From: Octopus vulgaris
Taxonomy: Eukaryota
Assembly (NCBI GenBank): GCA_951406725.2
Contig: OX597819.1
Location: 58,528,001 to 58,592,000 of the forward strand
Reading direction: 5' to 3'
Length of the DNA stretch: 64,000 bases
Shown here: one piece after another, positions 26,901 to 39,707 of the stretch
Position numbering within the stretch: the first letter of the stretch is position 1
How the letters are laid out: every line of letters starts with the position of its first letter
Notes under the pieces: generated by a model
What the model was told of the DNA's origin: nothing
Database searches by the model: none
The model's input: only the letters and a program-made list of their open reading frames with translations
Translations under genes and position numbers: made by a program

Positions 26901-29509
26901 ACGAAGAAAACTTATAAATGGCTGACGGATTATGGCATGCATTACGATTTTAGCCAGTTTTTTTTCGATGAGCAGAGTTGAATTATTTATACCCTGTCTT
27001 GTGTGTTTTTTTTCTCCCGTTTGTATTAACATATGTGTGCTCCCGATGATTTCCAGTCTGTATATGATCTAAGAACAACCTACTGAAAAGAGAAGAAACA
27101 TACGATTACACATTCTCTGAAATATATTGCCATCTAAAAAGGTCATTTATTAATACATGAACGCCTTAACAAATAAATACATATATACATTAGCAAATAG
27201 GTGAGAAAATACATGTTACTTGGGAAAAGCAACAAAACGAATACAATGGAATCGCTGTAGAAAGAAAAGTGTCCAACGTTTCGGACAGTCTTTCTTCAGA
27301 GTAAAGATGGCAGGATGGAAATACAACACAGTAATTTTATACTCTCTATACGTTTGAAAAACTGTCTGAAACTGATGGGGACCGCAAAACAACGTGAGCT
27401 TCATATGGAATGTTAATCTCTACCGTCTGTCTTTATTTTCTCTCCTCTCATCTTTACCCCGCAGAAGAAGTCTGTCTGCAACGTTGGATATTTCGATGCT
27501 CACGTCACTTTCACTGTAATTTTTCCGTCAATTTTCCACATAACACAAGTCTTGCCGACACAGAAAAGTAGCAGTCTATTTGGATTCTATTTTATTTATC
27601 ATTGTTACAGTTGTAATTACTTATCGAAGAGACCTGTCATTAAAGACATTTCAACCGTGATCATTTCACCATTTATCGTGTTTGTGTGTGCATTTTCCAA
27701 TGTATCCTTCGTTCTTTTTTATAAGGTGATGTGGTGTAATTCAGGGAAGCTTGGGTTGTTATTTCTACCAGATCGAGTGACCATGTTGAAGTTCCCTCCT
27801 ATACATTCTTGACTAGCATAGATTTGTAGGACTACAACTTGTATAGAAAAAAAACCCATCAGTGTCACAGTAAAGTTTCGTCCAATATCAGATTGGAAAT
27901 GGTTGAATGGGTTGAAAGGAGACGCAGTATATTTGAAACAATCGATCTGTAGATAGCATTAAGTCGTTTGAGCGATCATATGTCTGTAGCTCATATATAT
28001 CTTAAATCCCCACTGATCTCGGGATAAAGACCAATAAGTAACGCTAACAAATCTCGACAGAGATCTTAGATAATAGGATTAGAAAATAAGAGTATCGCTC
28101 AAATTTTGACAGAATCGTTTAAGCGTCGAGGAAAACTGCTTTCTGATATTTGTACCAGCTCTTTATGTTTAAATCCTGCCGAGGTCAACTTTGTCATTCA
28201 TTCTCATGGACTGATAAAAAAGGTGCATGTTAAAGACTGAAGTCGATGCTATCCACTAATCTCTTCCCCCAAAACTGCTGGCCTTGTGCCCAAATTAGAA
28301 ATTATAAGTTAACGTCACCTTTTGAAAGGAAATATTTTTCAATAATCCCATATCTAAACATTTCGATCGATTTTTTTTTTTTTCTCATTCGAATGTCTTC
28401 AAATATTTTAATTCTAGATTTATGAATAACACCTAAATAAAATCTAGTCCAGTACTGTGTATATCATTAAGAATATAAGAACTGATGTCCTTCAGAGATA
28501 ATACTGGTAGTATTGGTATAAGATTATTATAATTAAAGCAACGCGTAGAGAGAACATCAATACATTAGTGCTTAAATCTGGTAAAGTCAAAGAAGGTTGA
28601 TGATTCCGATAACTCTTTAAATTATAATTACCTATATAGTTACGAATATTTGCATCGCTGAGGAAGTATATTGAAAACGATATTTATCAGAATCTCATCA
28701 CCATGCTTACAGATGACCAAATTTAATTAATATAATTCGTTGTGTAAATGTTTTTCTTTCTCTTCAAGAGTAATTCTAACAAAGATTTCGAATTTATCTC
28801 CCTTACCTCACTCAGTCAGATTTAAACGTTGCGATAACGTTTTCCCCACTGCAGGGAACCGGGAATCCTGATTAATGGAAGCATTTTCTTGTCGTGAGTC
28901 ATGCGATTAAGTGTTGTAGCATTGACTTAACATTTTCTTTTCCATACGGATGGTGTCCGTGGGTAATTTTCCCCAGACATGTTATCTTCAAATTTTCAGC
29001 TCTAAAGTAGCAAATTTTTCACCTTCTTACTCAATCTCTTTCTTTCTTTCTCATTCTCTGTCCTTATTTTCCTCCTTCTCTCTCCCTCCTTCTGTCTCCC
29101 TCTGCATTTGCGTGTGTTATTTTATATATATATTTTGTACTTTATATTTGCTTGATTATTGTCAGAAGCATAGCTAAAAAACGGAACTGTACCCGAGGAA
29201 ACGTTATCATGCATTCTCCATATGTTGCTTTAGCATGCTGAAGATTGTGGAGGTATATGTGCGCGCGCATACACACACATACATATGCGCATGCATACAC
29301 ATACATATGAACGTGTATGTGTGACAGACACGTGTATAGCTATGTATAGTTATAAACACATAATATATAGTATTTGTAAATATTTGCTGCTGACCCCGCG
29401 TTGTAAAGGCTACCCGGCGTCGAAGTGATAAGTATATTTATGTAATATTAAAGGCATATAAACAGAAATTAAGGTGATAATAATAGACCATCTGCAGCAA
29501 CAGCCACAA

Positions 29510-29510
<1 letters not shown>

Positions 29511-29589
<79 letters not shown>

Positions 29590-29638
29590 CAGCAGCAGCA
29601 GCAGCTGCAGCAGCTGCAGCAGCTGCAGCAGCAGTAGC

Positions 29639-29698
<60 letters not shown>
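29511..29698. repeat. (GTA)n-(CAG)n-(GTA)n compound microsatellite
   Basis: Directly visible. Confidence 0.97.
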
Positions 29699-29699
<1 letters not shown>

Positions 29700-29939
29700 A
29701 ATACCTTGCTGTGTTGCTTCTGATTTCGAAATCCCGCCGGACGTGGGCCTGAATTTGGCTTTCGTTCTTCCAGTGTCGATGATACAGCAACCAGATGATT
29801 ATTAGATCACCTATAGCGACCGACTGTATCCAGACCCTGAAACACACTTTATAAATGGGATTGTGCTTAAATGAGAAATCAAGAAAATATTATTATTAAT
29901 ATCTTAACTATAACATGCTATATTATCAGGGATATTGTC

Positions 29940-30710
29940 TTGAGGTTTTGTGACAGCAAATCTTTAATCTCAAAAATCTTTCTTAAGATTCCTGCCAAAT
30001 ACAGGATTGCATTTGTCTGCACGAGTACCAATTCCAATATTCCTCAGCCTCATAGATAGCAGTTTGGGTATTATGCCAAGTGCACCAATTACAACAAGAA
30101 TAATTGTTGTCTTCGTCTTCTACAATCTCTTCAACTGTTTAACCGGGTCCTGATATTTTTAAACTGTTTCAATGTCTTTCGTATTCACTCAGTTATAAAG
30201 TATATGATATTCTTTTCTACTCTAGGCACAAGCCCCAAATTTTGGGAGAGGGGGGAGGGTCAGTCGATTGGATCGACCCTAGTACGCAACTAGAACTTAA
30301 TTTATCGATTCCAAAAGGATGAAAGGCAAAGTCAACCTCGGCGGAATTTGAAATCAGAACATAAAGACAGGCGAAAGACCGCTAAGCATTTCGCCCGGCG
30401 TGCTAACGTTTTTGCAAGTTCGCCGCCTTAAACTTTTCTCTATATTCTTTTCTACTCTAGGCACAAGGCCGAAATTTTGGGGGAAGGGGTCAGTCGATTA
30501 GATCGACCTCAGTACGCAACTACTACTTAATTTATCGACCCCAAAATGATGAAAAGCAAAGTCGATCTCGGTGGAATTTGAACTCAGCATCTATGATTTT
30601 ACACTGGTTGTTTCATTTGTTCTTAATCATATCTGACTCTTTGCTTCAATAGTATCGTCAGCCTTTACAGAGAAGTTCCATAAAATCCTGTAATTCTTAT
30701 CCTCTTACTT
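29940..30710 (-). mobile_element. REL-endonuclease LINE remnant (R4/Dong-like) split by two minus-strand family 1 SINEs (about 30207-30588)
   Basis: Minus-strand KYQD...VVIGALGIIPK and RILWNF motifs on either side of the SINEs. Confidence 0.55.
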
Positions 30711-30715
30711 CGAAC

Positions 30716-30750
<35 letters not shown>

Positions 30751-30755
<5 letters not shown>

Positions 30756-31262
30756 TTATATAGGATAAATTTTTTCGAAAAAAATTTATCAATGGCCAGC
30801 ATATTAAAAAATACCTTTAAAGGTTAGATTTATAAATAATTTATAAAACAAGGGCAAAAGAAAAAATTCTAATGCCAAATATGCCGAAAATAGACAAATT
30901 GTCAACAACCATTATAATTTATCACTATTAAAATGCGTCTCGAAACAAGCTGACAGAAATTTCTAAAAAATTCCGTTATTACCGTATTGGTCCCAATTTC
31001 AGAGTTAATTCATAAGAATTTTCTCCTCGTCAGCGATAAATACGTAAGACATAAATGAAATACTTACTCAGACCCGTGGAGAAAGCAAGCACTAAGTCAT
31101 GAGCAGACCTAAGTACCCCAAATATATCCAAAATAGAAAATCTTCAGCATATCTCGAGACACGTTTTATAAGTTATTTATAAATTTAACCTTTAAAGGTA
31201 TTTTTTAATATGCTGACCATTGCTAAAGTTTTTTTCGAAAAGTCTTATCCTATATAAGATGT
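30751..31262 (-). mobile_element. Penelope-like pLTR remnant with inverted arms
   Basis: 30751-30849 is the reverse complement of about 31163-31262; a hammerhead fold lies between them; abuts (TA)n. Confidence 0.7.
30979..31039 (-). ncRNA. Type I hammerhead ribozyme fold
   Basis: UUAUCG-CUGACGA-GGAG..AAUUC/GAAUU..CUCU-GAAA-UUGG-GA-CCAA-UA-CGGUAA: canonical core and all three stems; AUA triplet. Confidence 0.75.
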
Positions 31263-31489
31263 AAATTTAATAGTGTTCACTTCCGGACTCTCTCACTCTG
31301 TGAAAGTTTCTAGTTCGAATCGCACGAAAGCTACGTTGTTTTCCTCATTCCGTAAACAGTGGCTTTTAACAGGTGGAGAGCTGAACCATCCTGGGGTACA
31401 GAGGATTCGCAATCTAGACTAGGGTCTGAAAGTTTACCACCCCATAGTTGGTTACACCATGGTTCCTCTGCTTTGTGGCAGAAGTAGGA

Positions 31490-31670
31490 AGAAAGAGTGA
31501 GAGAAAGTTGTGGTGAAAGAGTACAGCGGAGTTCACCCCGCCCCCCGCCGGAACCTCGTGGAGCTTAGGTGATTTTGCTCAATAAACACTCACAATGCCA
31601 GGTCTGGTAATCGAAACTGCGTTCTTAAGACCGCGAGTCCGCTGCCCTAACCACTGGGCCATTGCGCCTC
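31490..31670 (-). mobile_element. tRNA-derived SINE family 3
   Basis: Minus strand starts AGGCGCAATGGCCCAGTGGTTAGGGCAGCGGAC; related copies at 55295-55597 and 61704-61981. Confidence 0.8.
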
Positions 31671-32249
31671 AACTTCTGCTGTTGTTGCTGTTTAGTTATG
31701 TATTATGATCAACCAAACTTTCACTCAAAAGGTTTTCCAGCCATGGTCATTTTTGTCTTTTCCCTGTGTCTAAGAATCCAGAACTACATTATTCGGTATG
31801 TACGTTTTAAAGGCAATGGTATCTAATTTGAAGAAGATTAGGTTGTTATTCCAGCTGGCTGAGCGATGATATACAGGCTTCTTCGTCTCGGCAATCTGTT
31901 ACATTGGTAAAGTAGAGAATGATTCTAACCTCGGTAAACATCATAACAATCTACCATGCTCGTATCATAATGTTAATAGTGGACCATTGAGAAATCGTGA
32001 GTCAGACTTCGATCAAAGTACGGTTCGGCTGTATTAGAAGTAGACTAGAAACAAGTCATATCATAATTGAATTAGAGAGTTAAATCATAACAGTCATGAT
32101 ATAATAGAGTTGAATCCTAGTAGAGTTGGATGACAGCGACGATATGTCTGAGCCAAGAATTTCTGCTGAGAATAAGGACACTTTCTAAAAATAAAAATAT
32201 AAAATAACATCAAAGCGTATTAATGTCTGAAAGCCATAATGTTTCAAAT

Positions 32250-32339
<90 letters not shown>

Positions 32340-34019
32340 ACACATACTCATTCATTCACTCATTCGCAAATACCAACAAATACACACAATACACACACAC
32401 ACAAACACACATGCACATGCATACAATCTCACTCACGCAGACAGATACCAACCAACATACATGTATTAGGGGTGTTTGAGATAATTAGAAGGAAAGAAAC
32501 CCTCTCATTCGTAATGGATACGTCGCACTCCCTTGAGAGCAGTTAAAACACTTTTGATCTCCATCTGGCTCCCAGAATTTTGGCATAGAATTCCAGGGCA
32601 GCATATACAAATATACTATAGTCATTTATTGCATTACCAAGCTTCATTTCACAAAAGTGCACAAATTTGTAAGAAGGCAGTGTAAGTGCTTAAATCGACA
32701 CCAGTAAATGACTGGTGCATTGTAGGTTTTAATGTTAATCGCTTTCGGAGTGACGCAAGAAAAATTTGAGGAGTGTAGACGTTGAACCCTGAACGTTGAA
32801 CCCTGATACTACGATGTATCTGATACGGTATTCTATTGATATGCAATCACACAGAAATAACCTCAGCGTGAATAGCCTCATTAACCTCTATTCAGACACA
32901 ATGCTGAGATGCATGCAAACTACAAGAAATGCATAGAAATTCAGCCTTATTCATTTTCCTTGTAGCCACAAACAAAATCTTGGATCCTCATCAGCGAAGA
33001 AATTTCGATATGCTAGAAATAGCAGTCAAACTTCCTTCAAATCATCTGGCTATCGATTTTTAAGAAGAGGACACATTCAGTAATATGATCTTGAGCACAT
33101 TGTCGGAGTATGGGAAGAAAAGATTAGATGGTCACAGTAAGAATGTCATTCGGTCGTAAGTGTAATTGAACTGAACTGATCTTGGCTTGAACAACATTAG
33201 CAAGCAAAAAGATGATGAGCCAACGATGGAGACTCTAAGTCTACGTACTTAATGAGCCTGTTAGAAGCTAATTTTCTCTCAAATCACACCGTTTCTTTTT
33301 TTTTTTTTTTTTTTTTTTTCACAGTGGAACGGCTTTGATCATATTCAGTCAAGGCTGACTTGGCACAAAACAACAACGACATTAACAAATTTGTTAGTAC
33401 GATATGCCCAGATTGTAGCAAGCATTATGTACAATTAACCACATGTCAAAACAACCTGGCGGAAGTATTGTATATCCAGAATCTGTGCCGCACCTAGATG
33501 TTTTGCTCGATCAGAGCTGATCTGTAGCTACACAACGCCTTATCTTCCACTGTTGACCCAGCTGTTTTGGAGCAGTTCTCATTTCACCCATCATCTGATT
33601 AACTTGACATACCAACCATCATTAGAAGATATCGAGAACGTCGTCAGGCAGATTGCTTTAGTAAGCAGTAAGCCTTGAGATTATCAGTATGTTCAACGGT
33701 ATCTTGCTCAGCTCCTAGGAGACCATGATTGATGAATTCAATGATGCCACCATTACCATAGTTTAAAACATTTGGTTCTCAATCGGGGTCCACATGACCC
33801 TTGGAGATTTTGTTAACAATTTTGAGTAATAATTTGATTATACTTTTACTATGTACAAAATATGTTGGCAGTAGCTTGCTTACCAACCACATGGTTCCGG
33901 GTTCAGTCCCACTGCGTGGAACCTTGGGCAAGTGTCTTCTACTATAGCCTCGGGCCGACCAAAGCCTTGTGAGTGAATTTGGTAGACGGAAACTGAAAGA
34001 AGCCCGACGTATATATATA

Positions 34020-34068
<49 letters not shown>

Positions 34069-34355
34069 ATAAAGGGTGAAATTAATTAATTAGGGATAAT
34101 TATCAATTACACCAAGTAGATTTCGGCATGTAAAAGCCCCATTCGAGGAAAATTTAAGTAATACTAAGTAATTAAGGGTTTAGCAACGAATTGCCTCACC
34201 AACACACCGAATTTAGAAATAGCAGTCAAAGAGATATAGCTATTCCTTCTACTAAAAGGGGGATCTCAGTAAAAACACAGCACTTGAAAGGCAAACACAG
34301 ACAGGTAAGAAAGAAAGAATGAAATGACGGCAATCTATCATGCAATTTTAAGTTA

Positions 34356-34447
34356 CCTACGGACGTACGTTTCGAGATCAAGTTTTAGGATAGCATAAGA
34401 ATTAGAAAATTCTACTTTACCCAAACTTCTTCTCTCATCGGCGCAGG
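34356..34447 (-). ncRNA. Type I hammerhead ribozyme fold (inverted copy)
   Basis: Reverse complement of 34990-35081. Confidence 0.7.
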
Positions 34448-34989
34448 ATACGACAATTATGAATAATTGTATATTAAATTTTGAGATACTAGAATGCATC
34501 ATCTCAACTCAGTGTCAGAGCGAGCCAAAGCATGACCAGTACCACGAAATTCAAAGTTTGAATGAAAGTTTGTGTCACCAGATCCCCCTTTTAGTAGAAG
34601 GAATAGCTATATCTCTTTGACTGCTATTTCTAAATTCGGTGTGTTGGTGAGGCAATTCGTTGCTAAACCCTTAATTACTTAGTATTACTTAAATTTTCCT
34701 CGAATGGGGCTTTTACATGCCGAAATCTACTTGGTGTAATTGATAATTATCCCTAATTAATTAATTTCACCCTTTATTATTATTACTGATAACCATATAT
34801 TATCCCAGTGAATGACCGCAGCATTTGGTCTTGGCTACACGCGGGTGGAAGGGGGCTGGTGACACAAACTTTCATTCAAACTTTGAATTTCGTGGTACTG
34901 GTCATGCTTTGGCTCGCTCTGACACTGAGTTGAGATGATGCATTCTAGTATCTCAAAATTTAATATACAATTATTCATAATTGTCGTAT

Positions 34990-35081
34990 CCTGCGCCGAT
35001 GAGAGAAGAAGTTTGGGTAAAGTAGAATTTTCTAATTCTTATGCTATCCTAAAACTTGATCTCGAAACGTACGTCCGTAGG
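34990..35081 (+). ncRNA. Type I hammerhead ribozyme fold with variant CCGAUGA core
   Basis: Stem I CCUGCG/CGUAGG; core CCGAUGA; long stem II GAGA...UCUC; GAAA; palindromic stem III ACGUACGU; GUC triplet with predicted cut after 35075. Confidence 0.7.
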
Positions 35082-35278
35082 TAACTTAAAATTGCATGAT
35101 AGATTGCCGTCATTTCATTCTTTCTTTCTTACCTGTCTGTGTTTGCCTTTCAAGTGCTGTGTTTTTACTGAGCTCCCCCTTTTAGTAGAAGGAATAGCTA
35201 TATCTCTTTGACTGCTATTTCTAAATTCGGTGTGTTGGTGAGGCAATTCGTTGCTAAACCCTTAATTACTTAGTATTA

Positions 35279-35328
<50 letters not shown>

Positions 35329-35843
35329 TATATACATACATATATATGTGTGTGTGTATGTTTGTGTCCCCCCCCAACATCGCTTGACAACCGATGATGG
35401 TGTGTTTACGTCCCCGTAACTTAGCGGTTCGGCAAAAGATACCGATAGAATAAGTTCTAGGCTTACAAAGAATAAGTCCTGGGGTCGATTTGTTCAAATA
35501 AAGGCGATGCTCCAGCATGGCCCCAGTCAAACGGCTGAAACAAGCAAAAGAGTAAAGAGAGTAATATTTAATTATAGAAAATATAATAGTATATTTTTAA
35601 ACATCCGATGGCTATGAGAAGCTACCCGAGTAAAATAGGAATGAAAGGGGTCTATAGATTAAAAATGGCTTCAGAACCATAGGTTCAAACCAGTTATAAA
35701 ACAAAGTTTGAAAAATTGCTGAAGCATGACTTTCTGCAGATAACGTACTGATATGCTGGTAACATAACGTATGTTTAGTTAGGTTATAGTTAACCGAAGA
35801 ACTAGCAACAAGGCTATACGCAGACCACACGCCACTAGTAGGT

Positions 35844-35922
<79 letters not shown>

Positions 35923-36346
35923 GTCTGTCTATCTCACTGTCTGTGGCAGAAACGTTAGCACGCCGGGCGAAATGCTTAGCGGTATTTCTTCTGCCGTTAC
36001 GTTCTGAGTTCAAATTCCGCAGAGGTCGACTTTGCCTTTCATCCTTTCAGGGTCGATTAAATAAGTGCCAGTTACGCACTGGAGTCGATATAATCGACTT
36101 AATCCCTTTGTCTGTCCTTGTTTGTCCTCTCTATGTTTAGCTCCTTGTGGGTAGTAAAGAAATAGGTATTTCGCCTGAGTTCAAATTTGGTCGAGGTCAA
36201 CTTTGCATTTCATCCTTCTAGATCGCTTTTTTTTCCGTTCCCTTTTGATCGGAATTTTATTTTGTTCCCTTTTTTTCCTTTTTCTTTTTCATTTTCGGAA
36301 AGAAAAGCTCTACATTTGTATTTGTCCCCTCAGCCAAGAAAGAAAG

Positions 36347-36402
<56 letters not shown>

Positions 36403-36917
36403 TTATCTATCTATCTATTTAACTTTCTGTCTGTCTATCTATCTATTGATCGATCGATCGATCTTAAAACCATCAGGCTTTGGTAATTTCTATATTGTCC
36501 AAAAAAGAGAATTTTGGAGGATTTTTTGAATTTAAAAGAAAAGAAAAGGAAAATAATTTTTTGTCATTGTTTTTGGATATTTCTGCATTGCCCCAAAGTT
36601 TCTACTTCGGGGGGTTTCCTAACATTTCATGTAATCTATTAAAATCTAACCCTTTTACATTGCCTCAGCTTTTCATCTATTCGTGTTCATTTCTGAATTG
36701 TTACTTTCTTTTACGTGTTTAGTCTCTCTTGCTTTGTTCATAAGTGCTTTGATGTATATTAACTTCTCTTAGCTTAGTGTCCACTGATTTATTCAGATAT
36801 TATACTTGACGCTCCCCTTTCACGTACCCAGTCGCTCCTACAAACGGCGTTACCCTGTTATCTCTCTATAGTAGACAAAAGAAAAGCTATTATAGGTACA
36901 ATATTGCTCAATTACTA

Positions 36918-37690
36918 AGGCAGCGAGCTGGCAGAAACGTTAGCACGCCGGGCGAAATGCTTAGTGGTATTTTATCTGCCTTTACGTTCTGAGTTCAAAT
37001 TCCGCCGAGGTCGTCTTTGTCTTTCATCCTTTCGGAGTCGATAAATTAAGTAGCAGTTACGCACTGGGGTCGATGTAATCGACTTAATCCGTTTGTCTGT
37101 CCTTGTTTGTCCTAAAGAAATAGGTATTTCGTCTGTCTTTACATTCTGAGTTCAAATTCTGCCGAGGTCAACTTTGCCTTTCATCCTTTCGGGGTCGATA
37201 CAAAAAGTAGCAGATACGCACTGGGGTCGACATAATCCACTTAATCCCTTTGTCTGTCCTTGTTTGTCCCCTCTGTGTGTAGCCCCTTGTCGACAGTAAA
37301 GAAATAAGAAACGTTAGCACGCCGGGTAAAATGCTTTGTGGTAGTTCGTCTGCCGCTACGTTCTGAGTTCAAATTCCGCCGAAGTCGACTTTGCCTTTCA
37401 TCCTTTCAGGGTCGATTAAATAAGTACCAGTTACACACTGGGATCGATATAATCGACTTAATCTATTTGTCTGTCCTTGTTTGTCCTCTCTGTGTTTAGC
37501 CCCTTGAGGGTAGTAAAAAAATAGGTATTTCGTCTGTCTTTATGTTCTGAGTTCAAATTCCGCCGAGGTCAACTTTGCCTTTCATCCTTTCGGGGTCGAT
37601 GAATTCAGTAGCAGTTGCGTACTGGAGTCGATGTAATCGACTGGCCCCTTTCCCTAAAATTTCGGGCCTTGTGCCTAGAGCAGAAAAGAT
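36918..37690 (+). mobile_element. Head-to-tail array of four SINE family 1 units
   Basis: TTCTGAGTTCAAATTC followed by the core recurs at about 36987, 37144, 37361 and 37545. Confidence 0.9.
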
Positions 37691-37951
37691 TACTATCATA
37701 ATGTTATTTAGTCTACTTCTCAGTCATACTCTAAATGAAGTCCTTCAAGATCTCGACCGTGCGGGTACCAACCGAATAGATATGTCTTTGATTTGCCACG
37801 ACTAAGTGCCTGAGCGAAACATGTTTGAGCGATTGATCCTCGAAATTTTCTTTACAAATGAATGTTCTCTTCACACACACACGCACACACACACACACGC
37901 ACACACACACACGCACACACACACACACGCACACACACACACACACACATA

Positions 37952-38472
37952 CCGTTTATCCTCGAGTATAATCTGCATTTTTTTCCCAAAATTTAAAAGT
38001 CAAAATCCCTAGTGCGTTCTATATACGAGGTTAAAAATTAAAAATATTTTCTAAGTAATGTCCGAGTCTCTATTTGCTGTCCGGCAATGTTTATTCAGAC
38101 GCATTTTGTGATGTCGGGCGCGAAAATACCTTAAGCTAAGCCTGAAAGCAATGAAGTCATAAAAGAATCATCCATAACTTGCAGTAAGCAACATTTATTA
38201 AACGTTATTACTGTTATTACTGTTATTTCTTTATTTTCTGCAAACAAAATGCACAAAAAAGCTACACGTTTGCATTATGTTATATATTCAATAATAATAA
38301 AGGACGTTACCGTATACATTTTTACAAACCAAGGACTTTATATAGACCTCCTTGACTCAAGTTAGAGAAGGGGTGAGTGTTATACACAAGGTTTAGGTTT
38401 TTCAGAGATACAGCCCCCCAACTATCCCCTGCGTATTATACTCAAGGGCGGACTATACTCGAGGATTTACGG
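37952..38472. mobile_element. Tigger/pogo-type MITE
   Basis: TIRs CCGT..ATCCTCGAGTATA / TATACTCGAGGATTTACGG with TA flanks. Confidence 0.8.
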
Positions 38473-38487
38473 TATATATATATATAG

Positions 38488-38680
38488 TTTATTAATAAAG
38501 CTGCAAAAGCATCACAAAAGCTGTTACTCGGAGTTTCTGAGACTTTTGCTGCTTAAGAAACTCTGAGTAACAGTTTTTGTGATGTCATTGCAGTTTTATT
38601 AATTAAGCATATTACTCTACCTCTGGTATTTGAGTACTATTTTTTCCACCTTGTTTCACATTTATGTGCTTACTCTGGTG
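38488..38680. mobile_element. Short Penelope-like inverted pLTR fragment
   Basis: About 50-bp inverted arms (38488-38538 and about 38557-38607), each starting at GAAACTC.GAGTAACAG, which resembles a hammerhead 3' half; abuts (TA)n. Confidence 0.5.
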
Positions 38681-38699
38681 TATATATATATATACACGC

Positions 38700-38750
<51 letters not shown>

Positions 38751-39649
38751 TGCATGTATGCGTTTTTGTTTACCAAATTCTATTATGCGCGCGTGTGTGT
38801 GTGGGTACGAACAAACGAGCTGGCAAAATTGTTAGCACGCCGGAAAAATACTCATTTCTTCCGGCTTTACATTTTGGGTTCAAATTCCACCAAGGCCGAG
38901 TCTGCCATTCATCCTATTCCGGTCGATAAAATAAGTACCAGTTGCGTACTGGGGTCGAGGTAATCGTCTAGCACCCCACTGCCTTGAACCTGTTAGTAGA
39001 AAGAACTATTATTTAAATGTATTCATGTTTTACTCTAGCTGACAAAATTATGACACAATGGCTGAAAAGTTACATGAATTTAGTGCGTCGGTTTGTTTAG
39101 GGTTCACAAATAAGAAAAAAGAATACACAACAAGAAGAAAAGGAAGGGATACATTTTAGTAGGGAAGTAGGGTACAGAATGGATGAAGTCGAAGGGGGTC
39201 GACGACGATGGAATAGAGAGGGGATAATGTCTTATGTCAGGTATTTGATAAAAATCACCAACACATCGCTTTCATTAATACTCTCTCTCTCTCTCTCTCT
39301 CTTTCTCTCTTTTAATCACTCCCAGTCTCCAGACTTTTCGCCACCACCACCACCACCACCACCAACAACAACAACAGCAACAACAACAACAACAACAACA
39401 ACACTACCACCACCAACACCAACACCACCAACATCAACGCCAGCTCTCTTGCAGCATCGCTTCCTTGTACCATGCTACCTCCGTCGCCATCATCTGACAT
39501 AACCCACCACAGCCACCACTTCCATTAAACTAAGCACCGTTCATATCTATGTATGTATGTATGTATGTATGTATGTATGTATGTATGTATGTATGTATGT
39601 ATGTGTGTGTGTATGTATGTTTACATATATGCATATACATATAAATATA

Positions 39650-39707
<58 letters not shown>

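Larger units (their letters stand above)
34064..35281. mobile_element. Non-coding Penelope-associated / retrozyme-like element: about 1.2 tandem units plus an inverted copy
   Basis: 34856-35281 is the reverse complement of 34156-34581. 34580-34785 is the reverse complement of 34064-34265. A direct repeat at 34584 and 35175 gives a 591-nt period. Confidence 0.85.
33870..35563 (+). mobile_element. SINE family 2 copy split by a hammerhead-bearing element
   Basis: Head at 33870-34010 and tail at about 35355-35563; the insertion sits in its internal (TA)n. Confidence 0.85.

Noticed and set aside
27265-27305. Hammerhead-like CTGAAGA...GAAACGTT on the minus strand (similar at about 60995-61030)
   Set aside because: Stems I and II do not pair convincingly; at best decayed.
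36918-37690. CRISPR-like repeat array
   Set aside because: Units are ~150-220-bp SINE copies with no unique spacers, in a eukaryotic context.
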